A DNA stretch of 64,000 nt, from IMG/VR virus record IMGVR_UViG_3300009716_000731, positions 1-64,000 of that record; one strand, given 5' to 3'. Made by a program: the position numbers and the translations under genes. Within the stretch, counting starts at the first letter, position 1. Each line of letters begins with the position of its first letter. The notes beneath the pieces were generated by a model that did no database searches, had not been told where the DNA came from, and saw nothing but the letters and a program-made list of their open reading frames with translations. The DNA comes from a virus (Duplodnaviria; Caudoviricetes). Below are positions 48,659 to 58,674 of the stretch, one piece after another.

Positions 48659-48996
48659 ATTCCTATTTTTTTAAGTTTTATTTCTCTATAATGTTGTATA
48701 TCATCTAAAATATAAACATCATGCTTAGTTAAAAATATAAAATCATCTATATTTTCAATTATATTTTCTGTTGTACTGAGTTTAATTACTCCTTTTATCG
48801 ATTCTATACGATTATCAACTTTTATGGAAGATTCATTTGTAACTATTCCTTTACTCTTCATTAAAGAATATTTCTTTGATATAATATCATAAGCTATATC
48901 AAAATATTTATTTTCCATATCTATTATGATAAATCTAATTTCATTTATATTCTCAGTATAATTTCTTATTATATTACCAATTTTAATTACTTCCAT
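48655..48996 (-). CDS. hypothetical protein with C-terminal REIKLKKIGI tag
   Basis: 113 aa. Confidence 0.7.
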   Translation of the reverse strand: MEVIKIGNIIRNYTENINEIRFIIIDMENKYFDIAYDIISKKYSLMKSKGIVTNESSIKVDNRIESIKGVIKLSTTENIIENIDDFIFLTKHDVYILDDIQHYREIKLKKIGI

Positions 48997-49396
48997 CTAA
49001 TAATTTATCTATTTGTAGATCTCTATTAAAAGGCACCCAGTCAAAATTATCTTGTACAGTTGGTATGTTACTTTTATAGATGAATTTTTTAATTCTATAT
49101 TTTCTTCTTATTTCCTTGTTTGTTGTAACAAGGAAAGACTCTGGTCTAATTATACCTTTTATTTTGATATATCTAACGTCAACATCTTTTGTATATAAAT
49201 CAGTGATTCTTTTATATTCTGCTATTGATTCTTCGCCTTTTGAAAAATCAATATTTATATCATTATAATAATTATCAATATCTGTTATAATGCTTATTTT
49301 ATCGATATAAATTTCCTCTACATCATACTCTTCACCATAAAAATAGTTTGGTATAACATAGTCTAATTGTTTTTTATTTATATATCTGATCTTCAT
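48983..49396 (-). CDS. hypothetical protein with C-terminal RDLQIDKLL tag
   Basis: ATG 49396 preferred (the upstream start lies in a hairpin). Confidence 0.7.
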   Translation of the reverse strand: MKIRYINKKQLDYVIPNYFYGEEYDVEEIYIDKISIITDIDNYYNDINIDFSKGEESIAEYKRITDLYTKDVDVRYIKIKGIIRPESFLVTTNKEIRRKYRIKKFIYKSNIPTVQDNFDWVPFNRDLQIDKLLDGSN

Positions 49397-49444
49397 ATAA
49401 GCATGATATAAAATAAAAAAGTGGAAGTTTAATTCCACTTTCTT

Positions 49445-50287
49445 TTATAGTATCGATAATCCTGGTTTAGAATTTATTGTTGATAGTGATAATCTACCTG
49501 CAAAATCATCGTAAAATCCTGGCATAATCATAGCTGTAGATTCAATACCCATCATTTTAGCAGGTTTTAAGTTTGTTACAAATAGTAATGTTTTACCAGT
49601 TAACATATCAACGTAATTATCTCCTAATGTCGGTTTGATATTTGTTACGACTGTTCTAAGTTGATCTTCACCAAAGTCAACTTCTAATTTGATAAGTTTA
49701 TCTGATTTAGGTACATCTGTTACCGATTTAATTGTACCTGGTTTAATTTCTAATTTAGCAGAAATGTCTAAAAATTCACTGAATTCAATTTTATCTTTCA
49801 TGTTTAATATATTTATTGCTTTAATTTTACATTCTTCTTTTAGTCCTGGTATTCCTAATTTCCAGGGTTTTACTGGTTCTCCTGTTGAACAGTTTACAAA
49901 ATAATCTTGTTGTTCATCTAAGAAGTCTTGTATATCATCTAAGATAACATACTGAGTTACTTCTGGGTGTCTATCTAACCAAAGTTTTATTTCATGTCCT
50001 CTTTTTACTTGGTCATAATAGACTATATCTGTTGCTTCGCATACATCTACACAGTCTGGTGTTATGTCTATTATTTCTCCTGGTAGTTGACGTTCTTTCC
50101 ATAGGTCTAGCATTCTTTCAATACCTTTATCTTTCCAAGTGGAAGAGATAACGATTTTTGCACCTGTTTTTTCAATAATTTCCTTTAAGTTCTGGACGTA
50201 TTCATCCCTGAAGATATGACCAAATTGGTCTTTAACTGCATAATCTACGTTTAGTACACCGTCTATGTCCAAGAATATAGTTTTCAT
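49445..50287 (-). CDS. HAD phosphatase (RNA-repair type) fused to a Trbp111/CsaA-like tRNA-binding OB domain
   Basis: FLDIDGVLN, IVISSTW, RGHEI..WL, YVILDD; then SDKLIKLEVDFG...VTNLKPAKMMGIES.AM; TATCTTTG just upstream of ATG 50287. Confidence 0.8.
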   Translation of the reverse strand: MKTIFLDIDGVLNVDYAVKDQFGHIFRDEYVQNLKEIIEKTGAKIVISSTWKDKGIERMLDLWKERQLPGEIIDITPDCVDVCEATDIVYYDQVKRGHEIKLWLDRHPEVTQYVILDDIQDFLDEQQDYFVNCSTGEPVKPWKLGIPGLKEECKIKAINILNMKDKIEFSEFLDISAKLEIKPGTIKSVTDVPKSDKLIKLEVDFGEDQLRTVVTNIKPTLGDNYVDMLTGKTLLFVTNLKPAKMMGIESTAMIMPGFYDDFAGRLSLSTINSKPGLSIL

Positions 50288-50385
50288 AATTGCAAAGATA
50301 TAAATAATTATTAAAACATGCAACATCATGATATATAACTTATAATAATTTGATTTTTTACAATTTTTAATTAATATATACTAAT

Positions 50386-50865
50386 ATGAAGTACTTAAAA
50401 TTATTTGAAAATAAATATACTGAGAGAAATAGTGAAGAAACGGTAGATGTTATTAAATTAGATACTATGCCTTTAAGATCACCAGTATATCAAAAAGGTG
50501 AAATAATTATCTGGTCAGAATCTCGTGATGTTGATTTTGATTTTGCAGATAAACTATTGAAAAGAGTGGGTCTTAAAATTATAGGTGAACCTTATGATAG
50601 AGGTTTTTTAGTTAAATGTGAACCTGGTAAAGAGGAAGAAACAGCTAAAATGATTATTAATAGATTCCCTGAATTCTTTGATAGCTATGAAAGAGAGGAT
50701 ATTAGATTACCTTTTATCACTGATAAGGTAGAAAAAATATCAGATAAGGTTGCAGATATAGAATCTTTCTTTGAAAGTACTTTACAAAGAAATGTAAATG
50801 TTACTAAATATAATAAATATATTGATGATATAATCAATGAACTTAGTAAATTAAAGATAAACTAA
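50386..50865 (+). CDS. N-tagged hypothetical protein
   Basis: MKYLKLFEN; TTAATATATA upstream. Confidence 0.75.
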   Translation: MKYLKLFENKYTERNSEETVDVIKLDTMPLRSPVYQKGEIIIWSESRDVDFDFADKLLKRVGLKIIGEPYDRGFLVKCEPGKEEETAKMIINRFPEFFDSYEREDIRLPFITDKVEKISDKVADIESFFESTLQRNVNVTKYNKYIDDIINELSKLKIN

Positions 50866-50915
50866 AAAGTCCCATCAGAATGATGGGACCGAGGTGGTAA
50901 AAAATGAACAACTAC

Positions 50916-51200
50916 CTAAATGATTTTTACAAATTCGTTATTTGCTACGGCTTTAGCAATCCACCTATTTAATTCGGAACCTTTCATTTCATTATAAAAA
51001 GTAGTTGTTCCTAAATCGGATGATAGTGCAATTTTAGATTGTCCGTTATCACTCACAGTATCTTCTATAGTTGAAATAGGAAATTGATAAACTTCATCAG
51101 CTATTTCAATTGTGTAGTATAAATTACCACTAACATAATGACTAAACTTAGCCATTGCTTTTGATTTATATAGTTCTTTCTTAATAAAATTTAAGTCCAT
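50916..51200 (-). CDS. hypothetical protein
   Basis: 94 aa; TATCTTTG upstream. Confidence 0.7.
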   Translation of the reverse strand: MDLNFIKKELYKSKAMAKFSHYVSGNLYYTIEIADEVYQFPISTIEDTVSDNGQSKIALSSDLGTTTFYNEMKGSELNRWIAKAVANNEFVKII

Positions 51201-51345
51201 TGTTTTTAATATTTTTGTGGTATCAAAGATAGATATTCTATTTTATATTACCAAATTAATTTTGTTCCTTATAATAATCGAAGTGTGTTCTTTCTCTTAG
51301 GGAGCACTTAATTATTTATATATAGTATAAATAAAAAGTTTACAA

Positions 51346-52161
51346 ATGGAATTAAAAACTTATATAAGTAAAGAAGAATTAGAATTATTATTGAGTAATA
51401 ATATATCATTCAAAGAATGTTTGAGTATATTAAACGTTAGTAATAGAACTCTTAAAAAATATAGAAAATTATATGGATTCTCTTTAGATAGAGTTATAAA
51501 AGACTTCTCCAGTAAGTGTCATAGATGTGATAATATAGTAGATTATAAATCTACCTCAGCTAAAGAAAAAGTATATTGTAGTAGATCTTGTGCTAATAAA
51601 AGAGAACATACCGAAGAAACTAAACAAAAGATGTCTATTAGTGCTAAATTGAACTATGTTAAGGACATACCATTTTGTCTAAATTGTAATGCTGATATAA
51701 GTCATAAAAAGAATAAGATTAAATTTTGTTCTAGGAGTTGTGGTTCTAAATATACTATGAATACCGATGAAGGTAAGGAAAGAATTAAAAATATGGTAAA
51801 AAAATCTGTAATATCACAATCCAGAAGAAGTAAGAATGAGATTCTTTTCTATGAAAAATGTAATAATTATTTTAACTCAGTTGAGAATAATATTGTTATG
51901 TTTAATGGTTGGGATGCGGATATTATAGTTCATGACTATAAGATTGCTGTTTTATGGAATGGTGTTTGGCATTATAAACAAATATATAAAAGTCAGTCAT
52001 TGAAACAAATACAAAATAGAGATAGAATAAAAATAAAAGAAATTATTGATTATGGTTATGAACCATATGTTATAAAAGATATGGGTAAATTTTCTATAAA
52101 AAAAGTAGATGAAGAGTTTAATAAATTCATAGAGTATATAAATAAAAAATCCGAATACTAA
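51346..52161 (+). CDS. putative homing endonuclease (CSRSC zinc fingers plus PD-(D/E)xK-like domain)
   Basis: YCSRSC, FCSRSC, HTEETKQKMS, RSKNE, WDADI, WNGVWHY. Confidence 0.7.
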   Translation: MELKTYISKEELELLLSNNISFKECLSILNVSNRTLKKYRKLYGFSLDRVIKDFSSKCHRCDNIVDYKSTSAKEKVYCSRSCANKREHTEETKQKMSISAKLNYVKDIPFCLNCNADISHKKNKIKFCSRSCGSKYTMNTDEGKERIKNMVKKSVISQSRRSKNEILFYEKCNNYFNSVENNIVMFNGWDADIIVHDYKIAVLWNGVWHYKQIYKSQSLKQIQNRDRIKIKEIIDYGYEPYVIKDMGKFSIKKVDEEFNKFIEYINKKSEY

Positions 52162-52175
52162 TTCGGATTTTTTAG

Positions 52176-52250
52176 TGTCCGTGGTAGGGTTCGAACCTAC
52201 GCGTCTCCTCGTTATGAGCGAGGCGCCTTAACCAACTTAGCTACACGAAC
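52176..52250 (-). tRNA. tRNA with CAU anticodon (elongator Met or Ile2)
   Basis: Canonical cloverleaf GTTCGTG...CCTCG-CTCATAA-CGAGG...GTAGG-TTCGAAC-CCTAC-CACGGAC-A; no encoded CCA. Confidence 0.9.
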
Positions 52251-52354
52251 ATATATTTATATATACTATTTTTTATTTTTGTTGAACAAAATTACAAAAT
52301 ATTTCTTAACAATAAATAATTTATATTAAAAATTTTTTTCTTATCTTTGTCGCT

Positions 52355-52711
52355 ATGGAAATAAAAGTAGTCAATAATATCGCATTTAGGGTTATTCAAA
52401 GAATGGATTTTCCATTTGATGAAGAGTTTATTATAGCAGAAGATATTTCACATTTCTATGCGGATGCTAATACTATAAATATAGTTCTTTTAAGAGATAA
52501 TCCAACCAAGCCAATTATGACATATAAAGATGTCTTAGAAGAGATTGAGTATTTATATGATGATTCTATTAGATGGAGAAGTGATGAGATTAGAGATAAG
52601 CTACGTTTTTTTTATCATAAAGTATCTAATATAATGAAAACTTATAAAAGAGAAGAAAAGATTAATAAACTATTACAAGTAAATAAATGGGAGTTACATC
52701 TAGCATGTTAA
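52355..52711 (+). CDS. hypothetical protein with REEKINKLL tag
   Basis: TATCTTTG at 52342. Confidence 0.7.
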   Translation: MEIKVVNNIAFRVIQRMDFPFDEEFIIAEDISHFYADANTINIVLLRDNPTKPIMTYKDVLEEIEYLYDDSIRWRSDEIRDKLRFFYHKVSNIMKTYKREEKINKLLQVNKWELHLAC

Positions 52712-53208
52712 AAAATAAAATATATTTATTTGATAAATGGTTATCTAGTGGTGAAAATATGCTTTATTTATTATCATTACTGATTATATCAGTAGTAATG
52801 ACTAATTTTGAAGTAACTCTTTTCTATGGTATTGGCTTATTATCACTTATTTGCTTTTATATGGTTTTTATTAAAATGAAAATCAATTCTAAAGAATGGC
52901 AACTTGATAAGTCGGTTTATAAATTACCAATAGTAGGTGAAACAATAGTTGTGCAAAAAGACTTTAAGTATGATTTAGCTAAGGTTCAAAATAGTAAAAA
53001 TTATATTTATAGTAAGGCGCTACAAAACTTACTAAAAGGATTTGAATTTGATGTAGTTAGTATAGAAGAATTGGAAGATGATTGGATAGTTGAATTACAA
53101 TTTAATTCAAGAAGTAAGCCTATTGAATTATTTTGGTTAGATGTAAAAGATTACTTTATGACAATTGCAGATATAAGAGAAGATAAATTAAATAAATTAT
53201 TAAAATAA
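52705..53208 (+). CDS. membrane protein with C-terminal REDKLNKLL tag
   Basis: Two hydrophobic segments. Confidence 0.7.
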   Translation: MLKNKIYLFDKWLSSGENMLYLLSLLIISVVMTNFEVTLFYGIGLLSLICFYMVFIKMKINSKEWQLDKSVYKLPIVGETIVVQKDFKYDLAKVQNSKNYIYSKALQNLLKGFEFDVVSIEELEDDWIVELQFNSRSKPIELFWLDVKDYFMTIADIREDKLNKLLK

Positions 53209-53210
53209 TG

Positions 53211-54164
53211 TTACTTTATAATATCTGATTTCCATAAAAAGTCTTTATATAAATTATCAGTATTTATTGATTTGTAAAGTGCTGTTTTGTTTTTTATACC
53301 TAAAAATAGTATAACATCTGATATATCTATAAATTCATTTATTAGTATAAGTTCTTTGTTGTATTGTTTTATATTTATATATTTTTTACCTTTGTTATTA
53401 AGCTTATTCTTAAATTTTAATTGTATATCAATTATATCATCTTTTTTTAGCATATTATAGCTAAAATAATAGTTTTTATGCTTAGAACATTTTCCTTTTA
53501 ACACTAACTTAATACCATTTGTATTTAGATTTAGACTTTTACTACATTTATTTATACTATCCCATTCTTCTATTAAGTTACCATCTAATGAATATTGATA
53601 TATTTTTACTTTTTTAAGTCCCTTATCTTTTCTAACATTTATGTTATTTTCAATAAAAATTTTTCTTAGAAAAGTTCTACTTATATTTAATAATAAGCAT
53701 ATTTCTCTAGTTGTTTTATTCTCATTATATAATTTGGTAACTATAGGTGCTAATATATCTCGTTTTGACTTCCATCTATCATGTATTATTTTTTTTGTTG
53801 AATCTTTCATTTTTAATCCACCGTTATTAGAAGCCTTAGGTCTTGCATTATATCCATTTATATATGTATTAAACTTATCTATATAATATTGTTCTCTTAA
53901 TAGACAATGATCTATTGCACACTCTTCAACTATTTCAAATATTAAATTGTCACCATTGAAGTATTTATTGAATGCTTTTTGTAAAATATTACACCCTGAA
54001 TTATTATTTTTTAATTGAGATATATGTGATTTCCATCTTCCATAAAATCCATCTTCACCAGAAGCACTACCTATGTAAATTTTATTAGATTTAGAATCAC
54101 AGAAGAATATTTTATACACTCCAGTTGTCTTTGGAAATTTATCTATATCGTTTATTTTATACAT
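53211..54164 (-). CDS. GIY-YIG homing endonuclease
   Basis: GVYKI...IYIGSA...RW..H, LQKAFNKY, REQYYID, GYN; NUMOD1-like repeats. Confidence 0.85.
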   Translation of the reverse strand: MYKINDIDKFPKTTGVYKIFFCDSKSNKIYIGSASGEDGFYGRWKSHISQLKNNNSGCNILQKAFNKYFNGDNLIFEIVEECAIDHCLLREQYYIDKFNTYINGYNARPKASNNGGLKMKDSTKKIIHDRWKSKRDILAPIVTKLYNENKTTREICLLLNISRTFLRKIFIENNINVRKDKGLKKVKIYQYSLDGNLIEEWDSINKCSKSLNLNTNGIKLVLKGKCSKHKNYYFSYNMLKKDDIIDIQLKFKNKLNNKGKKYINIKQYNKELILINEFIDISDVILFLGIKNKTALYKSINTDNLYKDFLWKSDIIK

Positions 54165-54257
54165 GTAAATAGTTTTTTTATTATATATAAAAATAAGTGA
54201 CTACCATTTATATAAATATAAAAAACTTTTATTATTTTTGTAAAAAAAATAACAATA

Positions 54258-54926
54258 ATGTCACAGTTACTACTAAACTCTAAAAATATACCTTCTTTAG
54301 ATGAAATTATTAGAGTCTCTAAAATTCATCCAAGTAGAATACATAATGTTTATATCTTCGGCTCGCAGGTATATGGAACATCAGATCATAAGTCTGATTG
54401 GGATATTATAATGGTTGCTAATAACTCAGTTGAATCAACAGAGATTTCACATCCTTTGTATAATATACATATTTTAACACCTAATAAATTTCAAGCTGAT
54501 TTAGACTGGCATCGTATGAATGCGTTGGAATGTTATTTTGCACCAGATTGGGCAAAATTAAAAGAAACTAAGGATTTCAAATTTCAATTAGATAAAGCTA
54601 AGTTAAGACATGCTACATCACATATTTCTTCCAATTCTTGGGTTAAAGCAAAGAAAAAATTAGAGGCAGGTGAAGAAAGAATTGCTCTTAAATCATTATT
54701 TCATTCTATTAGAATTCCTATGTTTGCATCACAGATTGCAACAAATGGTAAAATTTCTAATTTTGATGCGGCTAATTTTATTTGGAGAAGATTAACAAAA
54801 CAAGAAGATACTTTACTACCAAGATTAAATGATAAATGGGAATGGAATTCACTAGTAAATGAGTTTAGAGCTACTCATAATTTGATGTTATCAATGTTTA
54901 GAAATTCAGTTAGACAAGAAAAATAA
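54258..54926 (+). CDS. nucleotidyltransferase (pol-beta superfamily)
   Basis: FGSQVYG....SDWD motif; KSLFHSIRI. Confidence 0.75.
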   Translation: MSQLLLNSKNIPSLDEIIRVSKIHPSRIHNVYIFGSQVYGTSDHKSDWDIIMVANNSVESTEISHPLYNIHILTPNKFQADLDWHRMNALECYFAPDWAKLKETKDFKFQLDKAKLRHATSHISSNSWVKAKKKLEAGEERIALKSLFHSIRIPMFASQIATNGKISNFDAANFIWRRLTKQEDTLLPRLNDKWEWNSLVNEFRATHNLMLSMFRNSVRQEK

Positions 54927-55133
54927 ATATAAATCAGTTGTTAGATTCCCTGTGAATTTAGATTATGCTAGTTTATACACAAATACTACTAAAGGTTGGT
55001 ATCGTAAAAGTTTTTGGAGAATTGTAAAAATTAAGAATATATTAAAAGCTTGTCAATAAGACAAGCTTTTTTTATTAAATCATTATTTATAAAATTAAAA
55101 ATTAATATATACTAAAAAACTATTTTTTAGATT

Positions 55134-56498
55134 ATGTTACAAAAATATAATGATTTTATCTTAGAATCACAAGTTTATCAACTTTTATTAGAATCTGATG
55201 TTGTTTACTCAGACAATTTTAGAAGAGTTTTATCAAAAATAGATAATCCGGTTGCTAAAAAAATACTAGAAATTGAAAATAAAGATTTACCAGTTACAGC
55301 TAACTACTTCGATATTGATGTAAAAAGAAATGACTATTTATACTTTACTCCTGATAGAAAAGCACAAGAAATATTAAATGATCCTAAAAAATACGCAAGA
55401 TTTGTTGGTCGTGAAGGTGGTTGGTTAAAACATACTGAAGCTAATGCTAGAATTTTTGAGAGATTAGGTTATGTTCCAGGAGAGCATTCACCATATAATG
55501 GTAATGAAGTAGGTGAAGTAATCTCTGAGGTTGAATCAACGATTAATCCTGGTAAGTTTTGGGTTTATGTTAAATTTCCAAGCGGACAAGGTGTTTATAA
55601 TAAACAAAAATTAAGATTTGTTGATGATCGTCAACAAATGATTTGGCAGAAAAATCGTCAAGATGTTAGAGTTGGTAGAACAATGAAAGCTCTTTTAGAT
55701 ATTGCTAAAAATTCTGGTGACGAATCAGCTAATTTTAGCGCAAGAGATTTAGAGATTTTTGTTAACCTTTACAAAGCTCAAATGGATAAGTTCAATGATA
55801 AGTTTTCTTTATTTGATGTTGTTCAAGGTGATGACATATATCATTTTTATCAATATGATAACTATTATGAACCTGATTATACATTAGATAATTCTTGTAT
55901 GTCTCATGCTACTGATGATATGTTGTCTATTTACACAGATAATCCAACTGTTTCATTAGTAATTTTTAGAGCAGATCATGATGATAATTTTGATTATATT
56001 GTAGGACGTGCTCTTTTATGGGAGTTATTAGATGGTAAAAAGTTTATGGATAGAATATACTCAAATAGAGATTCTGATGTTGAGTTATTTAAGCAATATG
56101 CACAAGAAAATGGATGGTATTATAAAAAAACTAATAATAGTTCAGGTGGTCAATATGAAGCTTACTCACCAGAAGGTAAAATAGAAAAAATTGATATATC
56201 AGCACAATTAAAAAAAGGACATGATTGTTTTCCTTATATGGATACTCTTAAATGGTATAATACAGGAACTGGTGTTATGTCAAGTGTTAGACCGGAAAAA
56301 GGTTTTTGTTATTACTGCGAAGATACTGATGGTGGTTATGATGCTGAGTGTAGAACTTGTAGTGGTAATGAGTGTATTGAATGTCCTGAGTGTAATGGAA
56401 CAGGTGAGATAATTGAAAATGGAGAGCAAGTAGAATGCCCAAGATGTGAGGGAAATTGTGAAATAACTTGTCCAGATTGTGAAAATGCTGATTGGTAA
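55134..56498 (+). CDS. SCM/GRALLW/MDRIY family protein with CxxC tail
   Basis: LDNSCM, VGRALLW, FMDRIY, FPYMDT; N-terminal tag KYNDFILES. Confidence 0.85.
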   Translation: MLQKYNDFILESQVYQLLLESDVVYSDNFRRVLSKIDNPVAKKILEIENKDLPVTANYFDIDVKRNDYLYFTPDRKAQEILNDPKKYARFVGREGGWLKHTEANARIFERLGYVPGEHSPYNGNEVGEVISEVESTINPGKFWVYVKFPSGQGVYNKQKLRFVDDRQQMIWQKNRQDVRVGRTMKALLDIAKNSGDESANFSARDLEIFVNLYKAQMDKFNDKFSLFDVVQGDDIYHFYQYDNYYEPDYTLDNSCMSHATDDMLSIYTDNPTVSLVIFRADHDDNFDYIVGRALLWELLDGKKFMDRIYSNRDSDVELFKQYAQENGWYYKKTNNSSGGQYEAYSPEGKIEKIDISAQLKKGHDCFPYMDTLKWYNTGTGVMSSVRPEKGFCYYCEDTDGGYDAECRTCSGNECIECPECNGTGEIIENGEQVECPRCEGNCEITCPDCENADW

Positions 56499-56500
56499 TT

Positions 56501-57835
56501 ATGATCTCTAAATACAATGATTTTATACTTGAAAGTAAATTAGAACTTTTATTGGAAGCAAAATTAGAGCTTACGAGTAATTTTTGTAAAGCTCTTGATT
56601 CTATGTCTGATAATAAGATTGCTAAATTTATATTATCATTAAATGATAAAGATATTGAAGATTTAGATCGAAATCTTATTGATATTACTGATTATGAAGA
56701 TAAAGTTTCTTTTATTGCTCAAAATAGATATGACTCAACAAGATTTTATAAGATGATTGATTCTGGTGATGTTTATTCTGGATTATCAGAGAGAGCATTT
56801 AAGAAAGGTTTGATTAAAAATTATGATTACTATAGAGGAATTGATACTCCATTGTTGGGTACAATTGAACCATTTGATGTTTCTGATATAGTTTCCTCTG
56901 ATTTCAATAGAATAGTTTATAAGTTTACTTATAAAGATGATGATGGTATTGAAAGAGATGTTATTACTGGTGATAAATATTTAGTTAGAGATTTTTCTAA
57001 TTCTACTAAAACAGAAATATCTGTTGGTAGATTTATAAGAGCATTTTTGCGTAAGCTAAATTTTGAGTTTACTGATAAAGAAATTGAAGAATTTGTAAAC
57101 AAGTATAAAGCTTATATACGAATCAAAAATGATATTTTTAGTAGATTTCGTGAAGTTAGTGGAGAACAGATAAAAGAATATTATAGAGAAGAAAATTATC
57201 AAAGAGGTGGTGGTAGTCTTAATAATTCTTGTATGAGACATGAAAAATGTCAACCTTATTTAGATATTTATTCTAAAAACCCAGAAGTTTGTAAATTAAT
57301 TATACTTGAATCAGATGATGAAGATGATCTTATATCTGGTCGTGCTCTTTTATGGACTGATACTAAAGGTAGGAAAATAATGGATAGAGTTTATACTACT
57401 GATAGTTCTCTTATAGAACTTTTTATAAAATATGCAATTAAAAATAATTATTTATATAAACAAGAACAAGACTTTTATGCTGACACTTTTTTAGTTAAAG
57501 ATAATAAAGTTTTAAGTAAAGAAGAATCAAAAGTAGTTATAAAGTTAAATGATTTGAAATATTCAAAATATCCTTATATAGATACTTTTAAGAATTATTA
57601 CTATGAGGAAAATATTTTAACTAATTTTTATATCAATAAAGCAATAGCAAATGAGTTGGGTATTAAATCTACATGGTGTTATACATTAGAATATACAGAT
57701 GGATCTTATTTGGATGAAGATGAAGAATGTCCAAGATGTTATGGTTCAGGTGATGCTCGTTGTCCAGAATGTGATGGTGAAGGTTGTGATGAATGTGATG
57801 GTATTGGATTTACAGAATGTCCTGGTTGTCAATAA
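56501..57835 (+). CDS. SCM/GRALLW/MDRVY family protein with CxxC tail
   Basis: LNNSCM, SGRALLW, IMDRVY; N-terminal tag KYNDFILES. Confidence 0.85.
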   Translation: MISKYNDFILESKLELLLEAKLELTSNFCKALDSMSDNKIAKFILSLNDKDIEDLDRNLIDITDYEDKVSFIAQNRYDSTRFYKMIDSGDVYSGLSERAFKKGLIKNYDYYRGIDTPLLGTIEPFDVSDIVSSDFNRIVYKFTYKDDDGIERDVITGDKYLVRDFSNSTKTEISVGRFIRAFLRKLNFEFTDKEIEEFVNKYKAYIRIKNDIFSRFREVSGEQIKEYYREENYQRGGGSLNNSCMRHEKCQPYLDIYSKNPEVCKLIILESDDEDDLISGRALLWTDTKGRKIMDRVYTTDSSLIELFIKYAIKNNYLYKQEQDFYADTFLVKDNKVLSKEESKVVIKLNDLKYSKYPYIDTFKNYYYEENILTNFYINKAIANELGIKSTWCYTLEYTDGSYLDEDEECPRCYGSGDARCPECDGEGCDECDGIGFTECPGCQ

Positions 57836-57861
57836 AAAAAAGGAGACTAATGTCTCCTTTT
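57834..57861. terminator. bidirectional intrinsic terminator
   Basis: AAAAGGAGAC-taat-GTCTCCTTTTT. Confidence 0.75.
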
Positions 57862-58599
57862 TTATTTTTTCAAAACTTCTTTGGTGTAATACTCATCAAA
57901 TCCATTAAGATAAGTAGTAATTGGTGTTGATTTTTCTGTAATGATAATCTCATCAATAAAACCAAAGTCTAATGCTTCTTGTGAATTTAACCATTTATCA
58001 CGTCTTGCACTTTCTAAAACTTCATCAAAAGATTTTCCACTATTTTCTGCCAACATTTTGAAAAGAACATAGTTATATTTTTCTGATTCCATTTGAGAGA
58101 TACGATTATCTTCAACGTGACCACTTGCTCCAGAAGAAACTTGGTGAATCATAACTTTTGAGAAATTAAGAGAAGCTCTTTTACCTTTTGTTCCTGATGA
58201 TAAAAGAATTGAACCCATAGATGCTGCCATACCAGTGTTGATTGTTTGTACATCTGAGTTGATATATCTCATAACATCTACCATACCAAGACCTGCTAGT
58301 ACTGAACCTCCTGGTGTATTAACATGCATTGTTATGTCTTTTTTCTCAACGGAGTCTAAATACATTAGCTGAGCTTGGACAACATTACACATTTGCTCAT
58401 TAACAACACCGGCTACCCAGATAATTCTATCTCTCATTAAGCGAGAGAATACATCAATTTGAGTCATTCTCATTTCTCTTTCTTCAAGAATGTAAGGGGT
58501 CATACTATTCTCTACTAAATTTTTTTCAAAGTAGTGTAAATTCATAGATGAGATACCATTACTTAGTGCGTACTTTTCAAAATCTTTTTTAATATCCAT
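57862..58599 (-). CDS. clpP: ATP-dependent Clp protease proteolytic subunit
   Basis: TPYILEER...DVFSRLMRDRII, NTPGGSV, GMAASMG, MIHQ, RDKW. Confidence 0.93.
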   Translation of the reverse strand: MDIKKDFEKYALSNGISSMNLHYFEKNLVENSMTPYILEEREMRMTQIDVFSRLMRDRIIWVAGVVNEQMCNVVQAQLMYLDSVEKKDITMHVNTPGGSVLAGLGMVDVMRYINSDVQTINTGMAASMGSILLSSGTKGKRASLNFSKVMIHQVSSGASGHVEDNRISQMESEKYNYVLFKMLAENSGKSFDEVLESARRDKWLNSQEALDFGFIDEIIITEKSTPITTYLNGFDEYYTKEVLKK

Positions 58600-58674
58600 A
58601 ATTATTTATTAAATGTTATACATATCCTCCAGTAGAGGAACTATATTTTATAATATATAAACATAAAAAAGTTT

